From the NCBI GenBank assembly GCA_904063045.1, contig CAJFCJ010000005.1, positions 1,813,988 to 1,877,987 of the forward strand: 64,000 bases of DNA, read 5' to 3'. This DNA comes from Dimorphilus gyrociliatus. Taxonomy: Eukaryota; Animalia; Annelida. The notes below the pieces were generated by a model. It searched no databases and was not told where the DNA came from. It was given only the letters and a program-made list of their open reading frames with translations. The translations under genes were made by a program, and so were the position numbers. This document shows positions 56,801 to 64,000 of the stretch, one piece after another (position 1 is the stretch's first letter; every line of letters starts with the position of its first letter).

Positions 56801-58332
56801 ACATTGTTTTTGAAAACTGTACTGCTGATTATATATAATTAACTTACTTGTTGACTGGCAAAAAGCCGACAAGCTTTCATACAAGCTTCCATTCTAATTA
56901 CTCCTATTGTATTATTTTTTCCATAGCATTCTACAGCCTCCATATACTTTTCAAATAAGTCTGAGGGTAATAATTCACCAAATCTTCTATTTACCGCTAA
57001 ATCCAAGTCAGTAGCTACAAGTACGTTATTGAAAATAGGCTTTAATATTGTGAAAAAAGAGATGATAATAATTACCAGTTGATGATTGGGCCAACAATGA
57101 AGGAGTTTTTCCGTGCTTAACGGAAAAAGAGGAATTTCTATTGAATTGAGATCGCTCAGGTGATGGGTTATTAACTATAATATTCGTTGCACAAGTTCCT
57201 TCATAAGTAGCTATTAAAACCATTAATTTTAATAAAACATTAAGGAATGACTCTATTTTTAATCAACCTCCAAGCCAAATCCAGTCATTAACACCTTTTA
57301 AAATTCTAGCAGCAGTTTCGTAGTGAAGTAGGGCGTCCTGAGGTAATCCAGCTAGAAGACATAAGTCTCCAAGATGCTTTCTTATACGCCCTGTACACTT
57401 TTTCTTATAGTTTCTAGAAAGAAATTCTAAATTAGTAATAAATTTAAATGAATATAGAAATATTCTTCAAATAGTTTTTTTTTGTTGAATTTTCATTCAG
57501 AGAATTATTCAGACATTCTAAATTATTGAAATTATGTATAAATTATCAGGTTTTATAAAATTACTATATAGTTTGACATACCGTTCAAAAACACGTATTA
57601 AACTGCATATATTTATACACATTTTAAAGACATTCATTGAGCTTCTCGTCAGATGTAAACTATTTATAAGATGTCAACTAACCTTCCTTCACTCTCGATT
57701 CCAACTAATTCTTTTTTTTCTATTGGATTTTTTAATAAAGATAATTTATCTTGTCTTTCAATACTACGATCTTGTACTTTACTTTCCAAGATCCAAAATA
57801 AAGTTTCTGTTAATTCTTTAACAATTGCATCGCAATTTTCCAGAGCATGATCAAATGATTCGAAAACAACAGGTTCCTGGCCTGAGGATGTGCCATTCGA
57901 TGTAGGCCCATCTTTCTCAATTGACTCATAATATTTATCCTCGTTATGTTTTATTTCGTTTCCTTCATAGCATTTTATTGTAATTAACTTTGAGTTGTAA
58001 AATGTTGAAATATAGCGTTGTACGTGAGCTTCAAAATCAATTTTTAAATCACTTAACTCAGAATCGTTTTTAGCGGCACCAATGCATATTAAACCTAAAA
58101 CTCTTCTGTGCATCTGAAATTCTCCCCACTCATTGTTCTCCACTGGATAATGTCGTTTGAATCGTATATTTAAAACTCTATCTTTATCGTGAATACGGAC
58201 GAATTTAGTAAAATTAAGTTTATCAAAAAGAATTTTGAATTGATCATCGGTTAATGAACTGCCAACTTTTTGTACGTCAATTAGAATTGCACCATGATCT
58301 TCTACCCGGCAAGAAAAGTCAGGGAAGCTCAT
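53828..58332 (-). CDS. TRAPPC9: Trafficking protein particle complex subunit 9 (NIBP/Trs120)
   Basis: MSFPDFS..EDHGAIL; NNEWGEFQMHRRVLGLICIG; KKKCTGRIRKHLGDLCLLAG; ERKASFF; PYLS; introns consistent in phase. Confidence 0.93.
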
Positions 58333-58537
58333 TTTTCTGAAAGACGGTCAGATGGGAGGATGTGTCCGAGTTTAGTATGCTATCAGTGACATACGAATGG
58401 TGACAATCTTTAAATTTATAAGCAATAGGTTCAATACTTTCTAATTTCTAATTAAGTTATGCTCACTATTGCAGATGATGATAAAATGGAACTAATTGAG
58501 CACGAAAAATGTTCACTTGTATAGAAATTGATGCCAG

Positions 58538-58546
58538 ACCGGAAGT
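58538..58546 (+). promoter_or_regulatory. ETS motif in the TRAPPC9/ERH bidirectional promoter
   Basis: ACCGGAAGT between the divergent ATGs at 58332 and 58751. Confidence 0.35.
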
Positions 58547-58750
58547 TACGCGCAAATTCGACTTCGTACAAAAACATTCGCAAGAAATTAAAAAACCAAC
58601 ACTTTTACGAAAAAATATTAATAAATAGAACCCCATCCAAGTGCTTAAAATTTTTTATACGAAGACTACCTCGGTACAAATTTCCGCATCCGCTTTCCGA
58701 GATACGCCAACGGAACGCTAGAAAAATTCCCCCAGTTTTGATACATAAAA

Positions 58751-59343
58751 ATGGTACGTTTTCATTCAAAATATAAATTTAGAATTGGATGTAGAATATA
58801 TTCATGTCACTATTGATCAAAAAACCGATTAGCTGAATAAAGTTTTTATTAATTTCAGTCACATACTATTTTGCTCGTACAACCTGGGAAAAAACCCGAA
58901 ACACGAACATATTCGGACTATGAATCGGTTAACGAATGCCTCGAAGGTATACTATAGAATAATACATCTGAGCATAATTTATTATGTTATTCTTATTTAG
59001 GAGTTTGTAAAATCTATGAGGAATATCTCAAACGTCTAAATCCAGATAGCCCCTCTATCACGTATGACATAAGTCAACTATTTCAGTTTGTTGATAATTT
59101 GGCCGACCTCAGCTGTCTAGTGTAAGCTTAGATTTCTTTTTGCAGTTATTAGGAAAACTAGCCTAATACTATCTGCACCGAGATACTGTATCATGCTCTT
59201 TAGAGAAAAAAAATAATTAAAATGTTATACTAAACAATTGCAGATATCAGAAGTCTTCATCGACTTACGTACCACACAACAAGGATTGGATCAAGGAGAA
59301 AATTTACGTGTTATTGAGAAGACAAGCTGGAGGAAACAAGTGA
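58751..59343 (+). CDS. ERH: Enhancer of rudimentary homolog, 4 exons; exon 1 codes only ATG
   Basis: M|[30 protein letters not shown]|[35 protein letters not shown]|[18 protein letters not shown]. Confidence 0.97.
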
Positions 59344-59953
59344 ATGACAGTTTACTATGAACAACCAACATCTTTTGTATTTATAGTGGACCTAAACTTG
59401 TTTGTTTGCACTGTCTATCAGTAATGGTTTTCATTTATATCTCTTGAGCAAGTAATAAAGAAATTAAATCCCAAGTAGTTTTCACATAATGGATGCTGGA
59501 ATACCATTGATAAAATCGAGTGCTGATTCTGTTCAAAACACTTCCTAGCAATTTTTTTTATCTTTCGTTCTATAAATTATATAAACTAAGTTATTCCATT
59601 TTTTTTATTTTTTCTACGGTTTTGCTTAAAAATAAAAATAAGATGGCAATCGCCTGGCTTTAAATGAACAAAAGATTATTGATTTAGCTTTTATTTTCAA
59701 AAAGATGTGATAACCAAAAGTTAGCATATTATTTATTGAAAATATGCAATCTGACCGTATTAAACTTAAACATTTTTCAGCATGTCGAAACGTCGGCTTT
59801 TTACTAGCGTACTATGCTTACAATTTCTTTCTATTTTTAACGAAAGGTGAAGGTCGTTGTATTTTAGAGTGGCTCGAAAAATAATACTCTGTCGTGTGGA
59901 ATACAATAGGGTAACGATACATGTGGATTAGGCTATTCCAGTTATAAACATCG

Positions 59954-61587
<1,634 letters not shown>

Positions 61588-63878
61588 ATATTGTTCCATT
61601 GTTGCATATATATATATATATATATATGTTATACAGTGCAGCCTTTCGAAGCACTGACTTAACTTAAATTTGAATAAAAATTTTTGACATACGACTATAA
61701 CGAGTGAAGAAAAACAGTATGTTACAGTAACTTAGTGATTTCTCAAAGCCTATCAAGATAAAGGGTTTGTGAGAAAAATATCGAGATATACATTCAAGTA
61801 AATATTCATTATTTACTCTTTCGAACTGCAAATTGATCACATAGAACAAAATACGATAACACTTTCCTGTTGTTGAGAAATACTTTCCGATAAAATTTAA
61901 TGGATAAAGCAGTTATTTCTACAAATGACTATCCAGTTAATAAATTTCTCTTAATGTCTTTACATCTCTAACAGAAGAAGGAATCTGCTATATAAAATTA
62001 ATTGATATCGATTTCTTAATAACACATTAAATTGAGGCTTGAATTATTAAATAGTCGTGTGTTTTTTTCATCTTTCTTTGTCAATATAATCTTTTACTAT
62101 ATAAAAAAAAGTGACTATAACTTTTATACCTGGAAAAACTGCATCGGAGTTATATTTCATCTTGTAAAAATGCAAATGATAGGTGAGTATATTTCAATCG
62201 ATTCTCAAATTGATGTAATTTGAATAGGAAATTTGTATTGCATTGCTTAATATTCTATTGTGATCAAAGAAAAAACGGACTAACGCTGAAAATGAAAAAA
62301 ATGCACTCGTATGTTTTGTAAATTTTTTACTCCAATTATTATGTTTTACAAACTCCTCCCCATAATAATAGGGCAATGAGAGAGATTCTTACTTTTCTTT
62401 GTTCTTTCGTCTCCACCCTATATGTAACTTTATTTATTTATTGCATCTTTTTTATGAGAATTAGAGCAGGTTAGAAATGCATCAGAAAAAAATTAATATT
62501 ATATCTTTGAGAGGCAAAGTGCTCAACAGCTTGTAATTATAAAAGGGGCGTTTGAGCATATGTTTTTTCCTTATAAAAAATATACTTATATCTTTTTATA
62601 AAAGTGCTGCTCAGAGTGACCTTAATTTCGAACGCTGAAATTTTTATATGGTAAGAACAGACTTGTCTAGATTGAACAGGAAATAATGAATCGATTTTGA
62701 CGCCGCCTAGCGGGATTTCATAGAGTTGCAGCCTTAGTCGTTCTCGATGTGCAGAGTCCTACCCATCACACGATCAAATTTTTGTCTTGGTATTTAAGGG
62801 TAATATAAAATATTTTATAACATTTACAATTAATAAAAATCGAATGCTTTTACATATTTTAAAATTCGATTCGATTATTCGGAATCGGAGTATCGATTTT
62901 TTACCTCTACTATTTTGTATTTATATTCCGCCATTTTGTCGGGAATTTTTTCGTAGCTGCTTGAGGATCGAATCGGCCTTGGTAATTCGAATATATTTGA
63001 TATTTGTAGCCTTTCATCGTGTACTAGCTTAGTTAATGATTAATTTACGATCTAGTAGGCAAAATATGGGTAACAAAAGGTAGATAATATTAATAACGCG
63101 ATGCAAGTTTCCGTACCACCTGTTGGGTTTTGTTGTATTCCTCAACTACCCAGTTTAGATCTTTACAATCGCCTGATAAAAGCCTAGTGTTTTCATATTT
63201 GGTAGATATAAATTATCATTTAGATTAAACATTTTTAATAGAGGTAAAATTAAGACTAGTAATTCTTTTTTGTTTTCCACGGAAACTATGACGATCGGTT
63301 AAGCCAATAGAGCTTATCCAGAAGAGTTTAAGATAACGCCAATAATTGCTTCGTCACGTTATAAACATTTCTTCGTGGAAATCAATTTTTCCTAATGTCA
63401 GAAATTGGATATTGTATAATTCTCTACGAACTCTTGATAAAAGAAGAGATAATGAAGTAACACGCCTATGTACCGTTGAGTACACGGTGGTGATTATATC
63501 CTTTGTTAAGACCGTCATAAGCAGCTATTTCTTAGTACTTTATATTTTGTTATATGAAACGTTTGAATACGAGGATTGATCTTAAAAAAAAAAGTTCATT
63601 TTTCCTAACTCAGATAATATCTGGTTTTAGTTAACTCCGATGTATTTTAAAGACTTTAGTTTCATTTCTTACCTTAGCAGGAAATTAATTACATTACCTG
63701 CTTTGAAGCCCAATAACCTTGAAATCATTTTTGATGAAAGAACTGTTTCAAATTTATTCTATAAGACATCAAGTTTCCAATTGTGACAAATTGCATGCCT
63801 CCTTTAATATATATATGATTAGTTTCAAAGTTACAACATAATTTTAGTATTATTGTTTTTTTTTCAGGTAAAAAAATC

Positions 63879-64000
63879 ATGAGCGACAGTGAAGGAGAAA
63901 AAAACAAAGGTACTGATTATATTTCACTTAACATATGCAAATTTACAGTCATAAAATTACAGGAGTGAAGCGTGAACATGATGAGAGTGATAAACACGAA
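63879..64000 (+). CDS. 5' end of an unidentified gene (MSDSEGEKNK|GVKREHDESDKHE...), truncated by the window end
   Basis: Polypyrimidine AG acceptor at 63866-63867, ATG at 63879, GT donor near 63910 and an in-phase acceptor near 63962. Confidence 0.6.

Noticed and set aside
58528-58776. 82-aa ORF between TRAPPC9 and ERH
   Set aside because: It covers the bidirectional promoter and runs through the ERH ATG-only exon into its intron.
62777-62784. AATTTTTG as an Sm site of an snRNA or spliced-leader RNA
   Set aside because: The flanks do not resemble U1, U2, U4, U5, U11, U12 or U4atac, and the 8-mer is common in AT-rich DNA.

Overview
Eukaryotic nuclear DNA from an AT-rich, very compact invertebrate genome. 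Most introns are 45-70 nt GT-AG and many intergenic gaps are under 500 nt. This resembles a miniaturised lophotrochozoan such as the annelid Dimorphilus gyrociliatus, but that is inference only. About 23 protein-coding genes are supported, in order: ankyrin-repeat protein (partial), orphan Cys-rich 2-TM protein, peripherin-2/ROM1-like tetraspanin, kappaB-Ras, CFAP74, SRPK, NAT9, ARL2BP, SOCS, Wnt7, CaMKI, hedgehog, CDC16, AKAP14, SDR9C-type dehydrogenase, COPA, IVD, SKAP-like, LysMD3-like, TRAPPC9, ERH, QTRT1 and the start of one more gene. A gene-sparse, microsatellite-rich block (about 19-38 kb) holds SOCS, Wnt7, CaMKI and hedgehog. No tRNA, rRNA, CRISPR array or intact transposon was found. 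The best leads are: (1) IVD has two tandem 94-nt copies of the exon carrying the catalytic Glu, which look like mutually exclusive exons giving two active-site variants; (2) hedgehog has a natural Asp46-to-His change in the Hint domain, no HWY sterol-recognition motif, and CLHGK instead of CGPGR; (3) at least 11 TATA-CAG/CTG-TATA motifs match the Tc1/mariner excision footprint; (4) AKAP14 and the SDR gene end on overlapping stop codons in a single TTAA. Exon boundaries were read by hand and are unverified by RNA data.
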